Source: Phoronis australis (taxonomy: Eukaryota; Animalia; Phoronida). From it: a stretch of 64,000 nt of DNA. The stretch is from positions 6,328 to 70,327 of the forward strand of contig NMRA01000724.1 of assembly GCA_002633005.1 (NCBI GenBank), read 5' to 3'. A program made the translations under genes and the position numbers. A model generated the notes under the pieces. The model did no database searches and was not told the DNA's origin. It saw only the letters and a list, made by a program, of their open reading frames with translations. Shown here piece by piece: positions 23,201 through 38,200 of the stretch. Within the stretch, counting starts at the first letter, position 1. Each line of letters starts with the position of its first letter.

Positions 23201-26200
23201 GCTTTCATTTAAAGTTCAAAATGACAACATTGGCTCTAACACAATTGTAATTTGTTCATGGTGTGTTGTTTTTTGTGAAGATGTGTGGTGTTTATTTAAA
23301 CATTGTGGTGATATTTTGTTAGTGTACCAAACTTAAAGCAGTCGTAAGTCTGCTTTTTATCTGAGAAAAAGTTTTCTTTGCATGAAGAACCCAGTCCAGG
23401 TAGAAATAAACCATTTGATGATGATAGCTAATGCGAACAAAATAACCCATTGAATTCAGTTCTGCGGAGTGGGGTGCTTTGTCACCATATAACGCTTTTC
23501 ATTATGTCATATAACTATAAATGCCTGTCTACTGTTGGCAGCCCAGCCAGATGGCTCTCTATTGTGTTGGTAGGGAACGGGGTAATTGAAACTTGAGCTT
23601 CAGTTGGGTTTTGGCTTGAATTTTCACCTGTAGGAGGTCCGTCATGCAGTTCACTTTAGGCTTCTTCATACTAACACATAGATGTTTGGGGAGTTGCAGT
23701 CAGTAAGAATTGTTAACTTTGGTCCTGTATCGCACTCAGTTTAACTTAATCACAATAAATAGGTGGATTTAACAGCAGAGCATCAACGTTGCGGTGCGGT
23801 ATGAACGGTCATCAGTTGTCTGCCACACGCCCATTAGCATGAAGTAGGGGACATAGCTCTCACAAGTGTCCATATATCACATGCGTATATATGTCGCAAG
23901 GAAGTTGTTGATGCATTACCTCAAGAAGAAGACATATAGGATTTTGCTCATATTTAGATGGATCATCTTCAATTAGATTTGGTGACCTTGACATTATTTT
24001 CAAAGTCACATATTAAAAAAATCGACTTTTGACTTAAGAAAAAGTTGTTAGCTTGATATTTCAGCTTTAGATTTTGTTCATGTTTTCTACCAACATGTAA
24101 GAGGAGCAAAGTTACTTTCAAGTTCACAGCAAGAAAATCTTGTTGTGTAGATGGGTATGTGCTGGTGCCAGTTGAATTTGGCGACCTTGACTTCACTTTC
24201 AGGGTCAAAGAGAGAAGAACATAATATGTCTTCAGTTGGTACACGTTTTTTTGGAGTGCAGCTCAAGAAGAAAGTTTTACATTTAGATGACATTGCATGT
24301 AACAATACGTAGGTTTCGTATCTCATAACATAAGCATGAGCCTTTGCAGTAAGGCAGACTAATATTCTAAAAGAAATATCAAAGAAGGCGTATGCTGATA
24401 AAAAATGTGCACCGAGTTGTAGGTTGGCAACTTGGATTTTAGCAATTTTGACTTTCTTTTCATGAGTAAGAAATTAGTTATTGTAACGTGGAAAGTGTTG
24501 TTGGCCTGATATCTCACAGTAGCGTTTTCATATTTTACAATTAGTTGTAGGTGGGCATCTTCAAGTTCCTGTCAGACTTGGCGAACTTGACCTCATTTTC
24601 AAGGTCAGGCTTTAGATTTGGTTGTTATTTTTCTACAGCGAGGTGATGGTGGGTCATCTTCAGGAACCTCTGGGGCATCTTCAGGACCTTGAATTAATTT
24701 TCAAAATCAGGGCAAGCAATCTGGGAATTTAATTTTGAAAGTGCTGTTGGTGCAATATCTGATATTTTATATAGTAGGGTGTAAGTAAGACAACTCCAGG
24801 TGCCTTAAAAATGTGTTTATTCCAAGGGGGCATGTGGCAGTTTGGTCATCCTCTAACAAAGACTCTTTAACTCTTATTTCTAGACAAATACGCATTCCAG
24901 GTGTAAATAACTTTGCGCTTTAACAACTCTCAATTATAGCATTTGTTCATTTTATTTTTCCGCTGTCTGTTTCTTAAAATGACGAACATTAGATGAACAC
25001 GTAAGTAAATCTGTTAGATTCGTGTTTTTGTTGGTATGGGTTAAGGTATGTTACAATACATTAGCTATCGTGTTGTCCAAAAGACCTAAGTGTGCATGAC
25101 CAGGGCTGACTGTAATGTTGGGGGCCCCTAAGCTTGATTTGACTTGGAGGCCTCCTAATTCTGGAAAGGCATTCCCCTTAATCAAAATCTCGGTACCCTT
25201 GAAATCAGTGCAGTGATTTCCAAAATTACTGTTGGCTAGTGGTTTTAAAATCACTGCTTTGATTCTGAAATCATCACGGCAAATTTTTTTGAAACCGACT
25301 GTGAAACATTTGAACCAATGAGAAAGCGTGTTAAGAGGCACTTAGTGCGAATGTTGTAGTGTCGTCAACAAAATGTAGTAATGTCCAGATGGGTTTTCAA
25401 GTCAGTAGAAGGTGTTGCTGGACTTTAGACATTACAATGCCAATAACAATTTTTATGCGCCCACATAATTTTTATTTTGATGTGGACGCATTATGCCGTC
25501 ATCTCTGTCCGTCCGTCCGGGCGGCGTCCGGCGTCCGCTGCTCTATCTCCAAAACCCTTTGACATACGTTCATGAAATTTGGCACATATGTTCCATTCAT
25601 GAATGGGACGGCATGTGCGAACTTTCGGACGGATCCGACTACCGGTGTGCCCCCTAGTGGCAATTTTAGTTTTTTACTCTTACCTTTGTATCTTCAAAAG
25701 TCCTGAACGGATTTTCATGAAATTTGGTATGTAGGCACCTATTAGTGAGATAACGCTATCCTGCCGTTTTCAGATGGATTCGACTTAGTTTGCGCCAGCT
25801 AGTGGCCATTTTTAGTGTTTTTGAGTCTGTTTCTGTGCGTCCNNNNNNNNNNNNNNNNNNNNNNNNNNNNNNNNNNNNNNNNNNNNNNNNNNNNNNNNNN
25901 NNNNNNNNNNNNNNNNNNNNNNNNNNNNNNNNNNNNNNNNNNNNNNNNNNNNNNNNNNNNNNNNNNNNNNNNNNNNNNNNNNNNNNNNNNNNNNNNNNNN
26001 NNNNNNNNNNNNNNNNNNNNNNNNNNNNNNNNNNNNNNNNNNNNNNNNNNNNNNNNNNNNNNNNNNNNNNNNNNNNNNNNNNNNNNNNNNNNNNNNNNNN
26101 NNNNNNNNNNTTTTAATTCTATGTTTCTGTGGTGCTTTAAGCAACTGGTGTATAGGATGTGCTTGTATTATGAAGATTACTCACATTTTGCCCCTAGCCT

Positions 26201-29200
26201 ATTGAGGAGACAATGACCATGCCTTTCCATTTTGCTAAGTACAACATACTACATATATGCCCTCTACTGGCCCCTTTATGGTACCAATAAACAACCCTAG
26301 AAGGATACCGTATGCGGTGCAATTGTGGACGCATTTCAACACTCTGCGTTGCTCTTGTTGTACTTTTCAAAAATTTCTAGTTGCATATAATACGCATCAC
26401 TTCTGTCTTCGTCCATTTCACCTTTGTTTGTCTGTTGTTTTTCTCAATAATCATATGACGGATGGTGATTTAACTTTGCACCTTCTGTTGGCTTTTTGTT
26501 ATTTTGACAACAGTATTGTCCATCAGTTTATGGCGAAATGACTTGCGCATTTTGCCGAAACCTGATAGAGGTGTATGTATTATATAATGACTACTATTAG
26601 TTTTTGGCAGATTTTCCTTAGGTCACGATTATTGGCAAAACGGCTTCCCAGATTTTTATGGAATTTGACATGATGTCATGTGATTGGTGTGCATGCTCAT
26701 CATTTGATTTTCAACAGATTCGATTACTTTAGCACCCCCTTTGAAGTCATTTTAGTTTAGGTATTCCTACATTGACTGAGGTCAAAGCTACTTAACAAAC
26801 TTTGATGAAATTTGATACAAGGGTTTATGGCTGGGATGAAACTAGTAGAATATCGCACAGATTAGATTACCGTTGCATCCCGTGATGGCCAGTTTTATTA
26901 GTTCTTGAGAAGACAGTGGTTGTTGGCAAAAAGTCTTGACAGATTTTTTGATGGACCTTGACAAACAGATTATTCCTGAAGTAGCAGCTAATTTTCAACT
27001 TTGACCTATGTCTTTGTTGCGATATACCAATGAACAACCTAGAAGCGTACTGTTTGCCGTGAAGTTGTCACAGTGGTGATTCGGAATCATTGCAATAGGT
27101 TTGGCAATCTGCATTGTGATTTCAAGAGTACCATGACTTTGATTGTGCTATGTAATATGAAGAAATGGGTTTTCATACTTCATTTTTGCGCTGTTGTCTT
27201 TTGCTTAATCATTGTCCCCCTGGTAGCATGATTTGCTGTGTGCGCGTTCCTTGGAATGTTAAAAACTTTGAGTTTATGGGACTGAGATCCTGGCTTGCTT
27301 AAAAACTTGTTTTATTTCCTTCCAGAAATCTTTTAGAAGAAATTAGAAATTAGTTTCGTTCTTTGGTTGATTGTCTAGTGCTGAACATTTGTCGTCGACT
27401 ATTACTTTATACAACATGGACAATGCTGTGTCATGTATACATCACAGTGTGCATGCGTCGGGGTTCAGGTTTACGCTCACAGCATTTAAATTAGAAACTG
27501 AATTCAGTATGACTCAGTATAAATCTGAGGAAAGTCGAATGTTTTTTTGTGAGTCAATATTTAGCATTTACTTGATTGACCAATTAAGTCAGGTTAGCAC
27601 CTTCTTCTTATATGCAAGTGTCAAAAATTCTGTTGGCACAATTTAGCTAGTTGCATGTAAGCAGATTGCATGTGTTTTTCAGGCAAGTTTCATTTTTTCA
27701 TGATAGACAATCAGAAAGATTGAATGAAATCCGGTCACATGCATCTGATATGCTGAATAGACAATCAGAAAGATTGAATGAAATCCGGCCACATGCATGT
27801 GATATGCTGAATCTTAGCCTGCCTCTTCTTTTTATGGATGCTCGATTCTCTTAAAAATATTTTGTTTCACACATCTTTTGCAATCTCCACCTGAATTAAG
27901 TCACTTTACAATGCTCATTTTACAAAATTGAGAATAGAATTTTGAAAAATATTTGAAGCATATAATAAGCTAATGTATTCATTGAAAGTATCCGTTTTGC
28001 TTTCAGCACAATTTTAGGCAATTTATTTTGCTACGAACAACTGACGTGTTACTGTATGACTGCAAACTAGGTTAATATAGTTGAATGGCTTCTCGTTAAG
28101 AAATGACCAGTTGAGATGTCATCACAAAATTTTTCTACTGTGAGGACCAGGAGAGTTGTCAGGGGACTTCTGAAATGGATTTCCTTATGGTTGCCAAAAT
28201 TTCAGATTGCCTTAATTGTAGATTATTAGTTATTCCACCTGTGTGTCTGATGACACAAATTGTGCATTGTGTGAATGGCCAGTGTTATTTTTTAAATTTG
28301 TATTTTGTAGGTGAATCCAGCAGTGAAGTTGTACCTCAAAAGGATCCAAACGGAAATGCCATGGAACTTGCTGAAACTGTTCCTGCAGATGGTACGACTG
28401 ATTTATTTTTGAAGTGTTGTGTTGGATTAAATAGTGTTAGAACCCTGCTAGAAACTTGTTCTGTTGCAGTTGGAAGCAACAATTGAGCTATGGAAAGTAC
28501 AGACAAGTTGTTTTCTGTTTGGAAGAAGTGTTTAAGGGTTAGTCAGTAAATGAAAGGAATGTTAAAATGTGGATACATTTTTTTTTTGAATATTCAAATA
28601 ACGTCATCAATAGAAACGTTCATTAGTTTAAGCAGTGGTTTAAGTATTAATGTTAGAATTTTCTGCAATACTTTCACTCTTAGATGTGTTGGTGATTAAC
28701 CAACTGTCGAGTTATTCATTTCCAATGCTTTCAATGGAAAGACCAGTAGGTTGAATGCTCTTAGACTAATGCATAATTTCATCAGTATGGGTGCATATTG
28801 CTGTCACCTCTGTCATAAGTAGGCCATTATCCTCAGCTGTAGCTTTTAAATCCTTTGAATGTTTTTTCACAACATTTGGCTAACTTCTTTATCAAGAATA
28901 AAGATAAAGTCTACAACTTCTTGTTGTAAATCTTTCATGTTTTTGAAGTGTACCCCCCTATATGCTGAACTTCTTGGGAAAAGAAGTTTAAGTTTGTGAA
29001 ATTCAACAATTGTGTTCTTGTGGATAAAAGAACAATACTCATAATTGAAGACAAATATTGTTGCCTTTTTGAACTCTAGTTTGTCATAAATTTACCAAAA
29101 ACGTCATTTTTTATCACATTTATGTTACAGTCAGATTTATACCACGTACATTAAACTCATATTTTTAGTAAGTATATCAAAGGTGGCCCATTTTTAGACC

Positions 29201-32200
29201 ATGACTGGTTCCGTTTAACAGTGTACTTTGTGGTTGTCTACTATTGAGACTAACAATGGTAGTTGATCTCTGAAATGAGGTCTGCCAAATTTGACACTAC
29301 CAACTGAGCATTCTGAAGTCTACAGGTTCTTCCCATAACATTTCATTGTCATGAGGCAATTAAGTCACTTACAAGGGTCTTAAATATTTTGATAACCAGT
29401 TTTCTCCACGGAATAACAGGTTTCAAACTGGTTCTCAAAATCTGGGAGCCATGTAAGTGACTATTGCACAATTAAAATAGTTGCCATATTAGTTTTTTAA
29501 ACGTTGATTTCTAAGCTGCAAATATGAAACTTGGCCAACATTTGTTTTGAGGTATCTACTAAGTACAAACGACACAGTCAAATAGAGATACAGTCAAATT
29601 GAGATCAGAATTGCCTTAATCTTTATTTTGTTCAGAAATTTGGCAAAATTAGTTTTGACTTGGCCAGTATATTTTGTGTTAAACAGTTGAAGAATAATTG
29701 TGACCTGTTTTTGCTTGCAGCTTGTGTGTCTGCTTTGGGTGACTCTTCATTTTGATAATTGTTTGCCTGGTTTACACATTTTAATATTTTGTTTTTTCTA
29801 TAGGTGCAGGAGAGCCCCGTGGGTCTGGTGCACCCGAAGAGAGTAAGTTCTCTGAAAATCCACTTCACATTTCCTGTTCAAATGCTGTCTAAGACTTGAC
29901 TACGAAAACCATCTCTCATACATTTTAGTGCTTAAGTGACCGAAATTTTGGACGCCACTTTCTGCGTGTCGTTTTTTTGGTCACTTGTACTAAAAACTGG
30001 CTGTTGCAAGAACAGCTCGGATTGGCTGGGGTTCAATTTCTGTGGTTATATGTGTGTGTGTGCATGCATGCACCCACATAGATGAGCATGTGTGGTAAGT
30101 TTTTTGGTGTGTGTTAAGGAGGCTGTTTTTATCCATGGTCAGAAGCAAAGGGGTTATCATAACGGTAGTTGTCTTTCAGTCTGTACGTCTGTACAGTGAC
30201 GAATATACTGTGTTTTGCCCTGTGAACTCATATAGGTTTTGAGTTATTCATAGGTGCAGATAGTTGAGATGGGTGTAAAATTGGATGTGGGCGTTTATAC
30301 ATGTCCGTACAAACTCCCACGAGTCAAGTATACTGACTTCTCCCACCTGACCGTGCAAACTTCAGGATCATCCCTTGACAAGTATTGATCAGCTGGATTC
30401 TACATTTGTTAGAGCTTGTGCATTTTGGTTTTAGGTGTTTTTTGCCATTAGCTGTCTAGTTTCTTAATAACCACTCGCACTCTCACATTGCGAGGTGTTT
30501 TTCACGAAATGTCAAAAATGAGAAAATGAGATACTTCAAAAGCATATATTAACAATATTTGCATCAAACTGACTTATCGATCAAAATGACTTGTAGGGTC
30601 TTGTGGATTTTTTAGGAAAGTTTTTGAAAAGTGGGGTGGGTGTTAAAAAGAATGCCTCACAAGTTGTTAGTAGGCGTTAAAGTAAGCAGTGGGCATTTAC
30701 ATGACAGTATAGGGTACTCTTGAGTATGCAACTTCTACATATCAAAAGGGTTTCGATAAAAACTTCCGAAAAAAGGATGCTTGTGAAATGACATTCTTGG
30801 TGTTGTTTAATTTTGATTTTATTACAATCGACAACTGTTGCTGTTGGCTGCCAGAAATTTAGTGAAATCCACAGTGGTGGCTTTTTAATCAGTTAAGTAC
30901 GCTTAAAGTGTGCCAGCTCTTGTCAAGGGAATTTAACCCATGTAGAAGAATGTTATACCGCAACCCTTTTGCCAGGTTGAGGGTTCAAGTCTGCGAATGG
31001 ACTGCCTTAAAAAAATCAGTTTTTTCATCCATAATATTCCTTTAAAGTACATTTCTTTCTGTGTTCTTCTCTAAAAGGGAATTGGTCATTTTGGTCGGAT
31101 TTCCCATTTGTTTTGATGCTTCAGATTTCAGTATTAACATTTTTTTGATGATGTTTGTTCAAATTTTATTTCCTATTTCCTATTTCTGTTACAGTCGTTA
31201 TTTCAAGGAATGGTTCAGGTAATGTAGATTTTAAAACAGTCTCAGGCTCGATTTTATTTTCTTCTGTCATTGCAAGTCCTTAGCATCAATTTAGGAATCC
31301 ACTTAACTGCCAGTAAATTACTAGTCTATGTGTGTTGTGCATGACGTGTTGTAAACAAGCATGTGCGTGCATGTCAATCATGTACATTTTCAAAAAGAAT
31401 CGTAATAAAAGGCAACTTACCGTCGTAACTGCTTTCATAATTAAAAAACAGCTATGACCCCTCTTTTGTTTTCAACATATGGGGACCACATGACTGTGAA
31501 GTTGTTCAGGAGTCAGTGCAACAACGTTAACAAATAAACAACAAAGTAGTACCGCTTGACATCTCATTTGTGGTCCTCAGAACTGGGACTGTGGGGCTAA
31601 TTTAACAAAGTCTGAGCTTAAGGCATGGCACCGTTTTCCCCTGTGATTAGCTTCTTTGTAGTTTTTACAGTTACTGTATGAACTATTAGAATCTACGTGC
31701 CAATGTTTTTGTTATTTGCCGTGCAGTAATGCAACGCAACTTTGATTTTGGTTACTCAAATTGAGCTCTTAGTAACTTTCCACAACTGCGATTTTTATGC
31801 GCCCACATATTTATATGTGGTCGCATATTGCCGTCATCTCTGTGTGGGCGTTTGGCGTCTGCAGTTGCATCTCCTAAACCCATCACAGAATCTTGATGAG
31901 ATTTGGCTGATGTGTTCCTATGAAGCTGAAGACGGACGACGATGAATTTCAGACCTCACCTAGTGGCCATTTTTACTGTTTTCGAGTCTTTTTTTGGCAT
32001 CCGCTGATCTATCAACCAAACCGCTCTAGGGATGATTTTGAAAATTGGCATATATGTTCTTACTGTGAGGAGGGCGACTGATGATGATTTTATGATGACT
32101 TCTACTACTGTGACGCCTCCTAGTGGTAGTTTTGTTTGTTTTTGTGCCCATGGCTCTATCTCCTAAACCCCTCACAGGATCTTATTGAGATTTGGCAGAT

Positions 32201-35200
32201 ATGTTCCCATGAAGCTGATGACGGATGACACTGAATTTCGGACCTCTCCGACTACTGGTGTGCCCCCTAGTGGCAATTTTAATTTTTTTACTCTTACCTC
32301 TGTAGATTTGGAGGCCCTCAGCAGATTTTCATAAAATTTGCAGTTAGACAATGTAGGATGATGCCATCCTACCGTTTTCAGACGGATTCGGGGTACTTTG
32401 CGCCACCTTGTGGCCATTTTTACTGTTTTCAAGACTGTTTTTTGGCGTCCCCATTCTATCAACCAAACCACTCTGGGGATGATTTTGAAAATTGGCATAT
32501 ATGTTCTTATTGTAAAGAGGGCAGCTGACGATGATTTTCCGATGATTTGGACTACTGTGGCACCTCCTAGTGGCGGTTTTGTTTGTTTTTGCACCCATGG
32601 CCGTATCTCCTAAATGCTCCTCAGGATCTTTATTGAATTTTGCTACATTTTGAGGATGACTACTTTCAAACGGATCGGTCTACTGGTGGGTCCCCTAGTG
32701 GCAATTTTAGTTTTTTACGTTTCTGAATCTTAAAAAGTTGTCCATGGATTTTCATAAAATTTGGCAGTTAGGTATCTATTAGTGAGGTGTTGCTATCATC
32801 CGCTTTTCGGTAAAATTCGATGCATTTTGCACCACCTTGTGATCATTTTTACTGTTTTCGAGTCTTATTATTTGGTGTCCTCCCCTCTGTCAACCAAACC
32901 ACTCTAAGGATGGTTGTGGAATTTGGCATTGGTGTTGGACTTCCTAATGTGAAGAGGAAGTCTGACGATGATTTTCCGACGACTTTATCTACTTTGGCGC
33001 CAGTTAGTGGCAGTTATGTTTTTTGTGCTTGTAGCCTGTTAGTGGTGAGTTCATTTTTTCGTTTTCCTCTGTTGTCTCAGAAGTTCTTCGACAGAGTTTT
33101 ATGAAATTTGATAATTAGCTTTGATGACAAATACAAGTTCTTGGATGGATTCGACATATTTTGCGCTTTCTGGTTGCCATGTTTATGTTCCAAATAAACG
33201 CCTCTAGAAGCACACCGTAAGCGGTGCATTGGTGGGCGCATTTCAATGCTCTACGTTGCTCTTGTTGTATTTGTTTTGTAACCTTAGTGTTTGGATCATC
33301 AAGTGCAAAGTTGGATTTTAATGTACTGTAATCTGTCAATCATCATTCTTTCTAAGCTAGCACAAAAGTCAAAGATAATTATCTTAAATTCGTATTGCGG
33401 GTGTTGAATGTGAAGTTGGATTTCAGGCCCAGATCTGTTGAGTTGAGGTGGTACCATGAGTAATGTCAAGTGAATGGCACAATAGATCTTTATTGGATTG
33501 CCTATAGCCTAGGTCACAACTGGTCATACAGACTTCTACATGCAAAAAGGATGCAAAGAAACAAAAAAAAAACAGTGCAGGTGGTCTGATGTCATTTGCG
33601 GTGCATCAGACATGCGCATGCCTCATGGTTGGGCCCATTGCACAAAACACCTGAGCAAAAGCACAAGAGCCCAATTATGGCTCCTCGTGAAGAAAGTTTT
33701 CAAGTCTGCCAGTCTCCTTTAGGAAAACGGACAGACGTTTCCATTTGTTGCCATGCACTATATGTTGTAGGCATGTAACAGTGCCATCCAGTAGGTTGCT
33801 CCTTAGCCTATAAAAAGCTGGGCAAGACTCTACCAGGTGTTTAGGAGATTCTACGTCAGTACCACACTCAGGACACACAGGGCTCCCCATATGCCCAGTA
33901 ATGTGTCTGTGTCGGGCTAGGTTGCAGTGGCCCGTCAAAATTTGAGTGACATGTTTTATACCCAATCTATCTAGACTCAGAAGGCTTTTTGAACCTTTTG
34001 GTTCGATCACATTGGGAAAATTCTCCTTGGTCTCTCTGCAGGAGTTAGTGATGCCCACTGGGCTGCTGACTGGGTATGTACCCAGTTGCGTATACTCATC
34101 CTGCAACATCCGTGAGATACCGGGATAGCAGGTTCAGGCACAAAATGCAGAACGCTTGCTCCTATCTGTACGAGTGTGTCTGCATTCTCATTGCCATCAA
34201 TTCCCACATGGGCCCTGACCCAGCGTATATTGACGGTTCTTTCAACTGCAAAGAAACACATGGAGGGTGCTATTTTTTGAGCCTTAAACAGGCCGCAAAA
34301 GGTTCTTGGTCCTATCAAACTAATACTTCTCATTTTTGTGCACCCACATATTTATATGAAATTTCGCAAGTTTGTTTCTGTGTCGCTTACGACAGATGAC
34401 GTGTTTCGGATCAATCTGAATACTGCTGTGCCTCCTAGTGGCAATCTATTTTTAGCGTCTGTATCTTCGTAGTTCCTTGATGGATTCTCATGAAATTCAG
34501 CAAACAGGATTTTAATATGGAGACAATGATGCCATTCCTTTTTTGGATGGATTTGAAGGATTTTACGCCACCTTGTGGGCATTTTTGTTATTTTTGCATC
34601 CATTTTCTGGCGTCCACCTCCCTATCTGCCATACTGCTTACGTTCGGAGAATTTACAGCTGTGCTCCTGACGAGGAGGCCATGACTGAAGTAGAACTTCG
34701 GACAGGTCCGACTACTGTGTTGCCCCCTAGTAGTGATATTTTTGTTTTGCATCTGAGACCAAATCTCCTTAACCCTTTGAAGGAGCTTTGTGAAATTTGA
34801 AGGATATTATCCTTTGGTACCGACGACAACTGGTAACAAATGTCAAATTAATCCAAATACCACTGTGCCCCTTTTGGTTACAATGTGTTTTTTTTTTACC
34901 TCTGTATATTCGGAGTTTGGCAAATAGATGACAACACCGTCCCATTTTGGGACAGGTTTGATGCTTTCTGCCCCACCTGGTGGCCATTTAAAAATTTTGT
35001 ATATGTTTTTTACGTCTGCCTCTACCAAACCACTCAAAGGACAATTATGAAAATTGATGGTTGTGTTTCTGATGCGAGGAGCCTGGCTGACATTGATTTT
35101 CGGATGTTTTTGTCTATTCTGGCAACTTTGCTGTTTTGCATCTATAGCTGTATCTCGTTACACCTTTGCAAAATTTGACAGATGGTAAGAGATGACAGTG

Positions 35201-38200
35201 AGTTTCAGACCAGTCAAACTATAGCTGTTCCCCATAGTGTCAATTGTTGTTTATGACTGTTTGCGAACTTTATGTCTTAGGAGTTTCTTGGCTTATTTTC
35301 ATGAAGTTTGGCATATAGTTGTGTACTACAAAAACTATGCCACATTTTCAATTCAGACGAGTTTGACGCATTCTGCACCTTCTAATGGCCATTTTTATGA
35401 TACTAAAAACAGCCATAGAAGCACATTGCTCTTGTTCTATGATGCGGGAATTCTAATATTGCGCGGCCAAAAGTCGTTTGACTGTTTGTGACCTAAGCTT
35501 CACTACCTGTTGTCAGTGTTGTGTTTGAATCATCTTCTTCAAAGTGTTTTCAATTGTTTCTCAATAAGGCGTTCTTGTGGTTTTTTGTAGCTGGTGATGG
35601 AGCCACACGTGAACCCCCAGGTAATCAAAAACTTTCTCAGAAATTTTCATGAAGAGAATTCATTTTTCAAAAGTTAGCGCTAGTAAAATACATTGCCCTG
35701 CCTTTTAGAATGCAATCACTCAGGTTGTGTGAGACCTTAATTTCCCAATGATGCCATGATACTGATGAACTGGGAAAAGTTTCTCAAATAGTATTATCGG
35801 CTGTTTGTCCTTTTGTCTTTTGGCTAAAAATTAATCTCGGGATAGCCTGTTTCATGAAAATCAGGCTATGGCTGAAAATCAGGAAATTTGTCTACAACTC
35901 GAAGTCAAAAGACAAAAATCGGTGAACAGCAGGCAAAATGGAGAAATGCAAGATGAAAAATCACAGTTTGGCTGTTCGTAGTCAGATCTCTGATTTTTGG
36001 CTAAGGACACTAGACTCTCCGTGATTAGGCCCCAGATCTCTGGTGTTGGTCCATTCAGATGATTATTGAGTTTGCTTTCGTAGTAAGCATCACCCTGTGA
36101 ATACTACATCATCTATGGCCAGGGGAAATAAGAAGGCCTGAAAAGATCTGCAAGCCATCTGGCACAGGTTTTACGACTATTCAGTTGACACATAGATCTG
36201 GTTTAATCTATCTAATTTGAGTGAAAATAATTGCTTAATAAGTTCATCATTTTTCATTCTTGAACTGTTCCTAACATTGTTGTGAATGCCCATAATTTCT
36301 CAAAATTATGTCTGACTGCTAGCTATATGTAGGGTATACGACTTAAAATTGATATATTGCATTTATTTGATACTTCTTATCTTTTATAAAAAATTTTTTA
36401 AAAATTATCTTTCAGCCACATTTTCTCCTAAATTGGTGAGATTTTACGGTTTCTACATTGGGAAATTTTTATTGTCTGTACTGATTTTGCTGTTATTTTG
36501 TTTTTCTTGTATTGTAGGACTGATCAGACGTAAATCGTCAGGTAAGGGTCTTTGACTGTGACTGCTGGTTTTGTGTTTGCAATCATTCATGCAAACAATT
36601 TACAAAAAATGCCCACCATGGCAGGTACATGGGCATGCTCAGCTAAGTGTTAACAGGGCTTGGAATTTTCCGCAGAAACGCGGATTTCCGCTTTTTTCAA
36701 ATATTCTGTCCGCGCATTTTATTATACTTCCGCGTAAAAAAAATTGGATTTGATATAAAATTTCTGCGGCAAATTCCTTTCTTACCGCGGCGTTGCAGCC
36801 GACGTTCACCTCGAAAAGCGGAAGTTGCTCTTTATGTTTCAGTGGAACGTAAATTGTCAACATTGCCGGGGCATCTGGGATAGCGTGGTGGGATTTTCAA
36901 TGGCGTCTCGTGTTATTGTAAACCGCGGCGACAAATACTACGGCTCTGCAGCCAAAAATGTGTGGGTTGGGAGTGGACGGACAAGCTAAAAGGACGCAGA
37001 CGCATGCTACTGATGGTGGTAACGTTTTTTTTTAGTCCTCCCGATTTTTGTCGGGGGAAAGGTTCACATTGACCATTTCAAGGCTGGGTAGCGCGCATGA
37101 TTTGGGCCGTAAAAGTTTCCGCGTTGTTTGTCATTGGTCATTCCAAGCCCTGTGTTAAGCTTTGAATGTGCTCTCACCATGAGCGTCTATCTGTCCGGTG
37201 TCTGCTACAGTTTATCCTCGCTCAGGGTCTTAATGAGTATCAGCAGATGAAGTTGACGACAGATGACGAGCAGGGGCGGATCCAGGATTTTGAGTTGGGA
37301 GGGGGGGCAGGGCAGAGTATTGGTCAGGATTTTGCCCATCAGACGTTCTCTCTCCGGAACTGCCAAATGGAAATTGGGAGAAATTTAGGGGGGCCATGGC
37401 CTTCTTGGCACCTTTCTAAATCCGCCACTGATGATGTGATAGGTTTTTTGTGAGGATGGCAGCAAGGCCTTTGAATTTGCGGACAACTTCATTGTATTTT
37501 AGGCCAACAAGTGTTCTTGTTTTCTAACTAACAAACATCCCTAGAAGCATACCGATTGTGCTTCTGTTGTCGTGGGTGCATTTCAGTGCTTTGCATTGTT
37601 GTTCTGTTTTAATTTTAATTTTCTATTCTCTGTCCAAAAAGCATACAGATTTAAATTCTTACCAAATCGGAATTGATTGATTGAGGTGATGATTACATTT
37701 CATTCAAATTTTTAACACATTCACAATTTAGTTCTAGAAATGAGTCACCATCAGTATAGTAATTGGTGCCTAAGTTTCAGGGACCAAGTAAACTTTAAAT
37801 CTAATCAGATGACAAATGACAGCAATGAAAATAGTGGCAGTTTGTTAAGAGCAAGTGAAACAGAATTTGGTTTTGTTACATGCAGTCGTTCCAGTGGCTT
37901 ACGGTGTGATAACATACTCATCATCCCCAGCTACTCTGCATATGAAACTGTATACACCAAAAAGCTACTTTTGCCGCTGCACTTAACCAGTCTGGACAAG
38001 TAGTTAATTCAGCTAGTTTTACGGAGAATTGTGTTCAGTCGTCATAACGATATTCTGGGTCATTTTGGCATGTAGAAATTTTTGATTTTCACGGAGTAAT
38101 TTAATGTTAAGGAAACCGATTAAACGATCCATCACTTTAATTGTATTAAAGGTCTTCAGTTGTACAAGCCGGACTACAAGAGGTCATCGTCCAGAAATAG

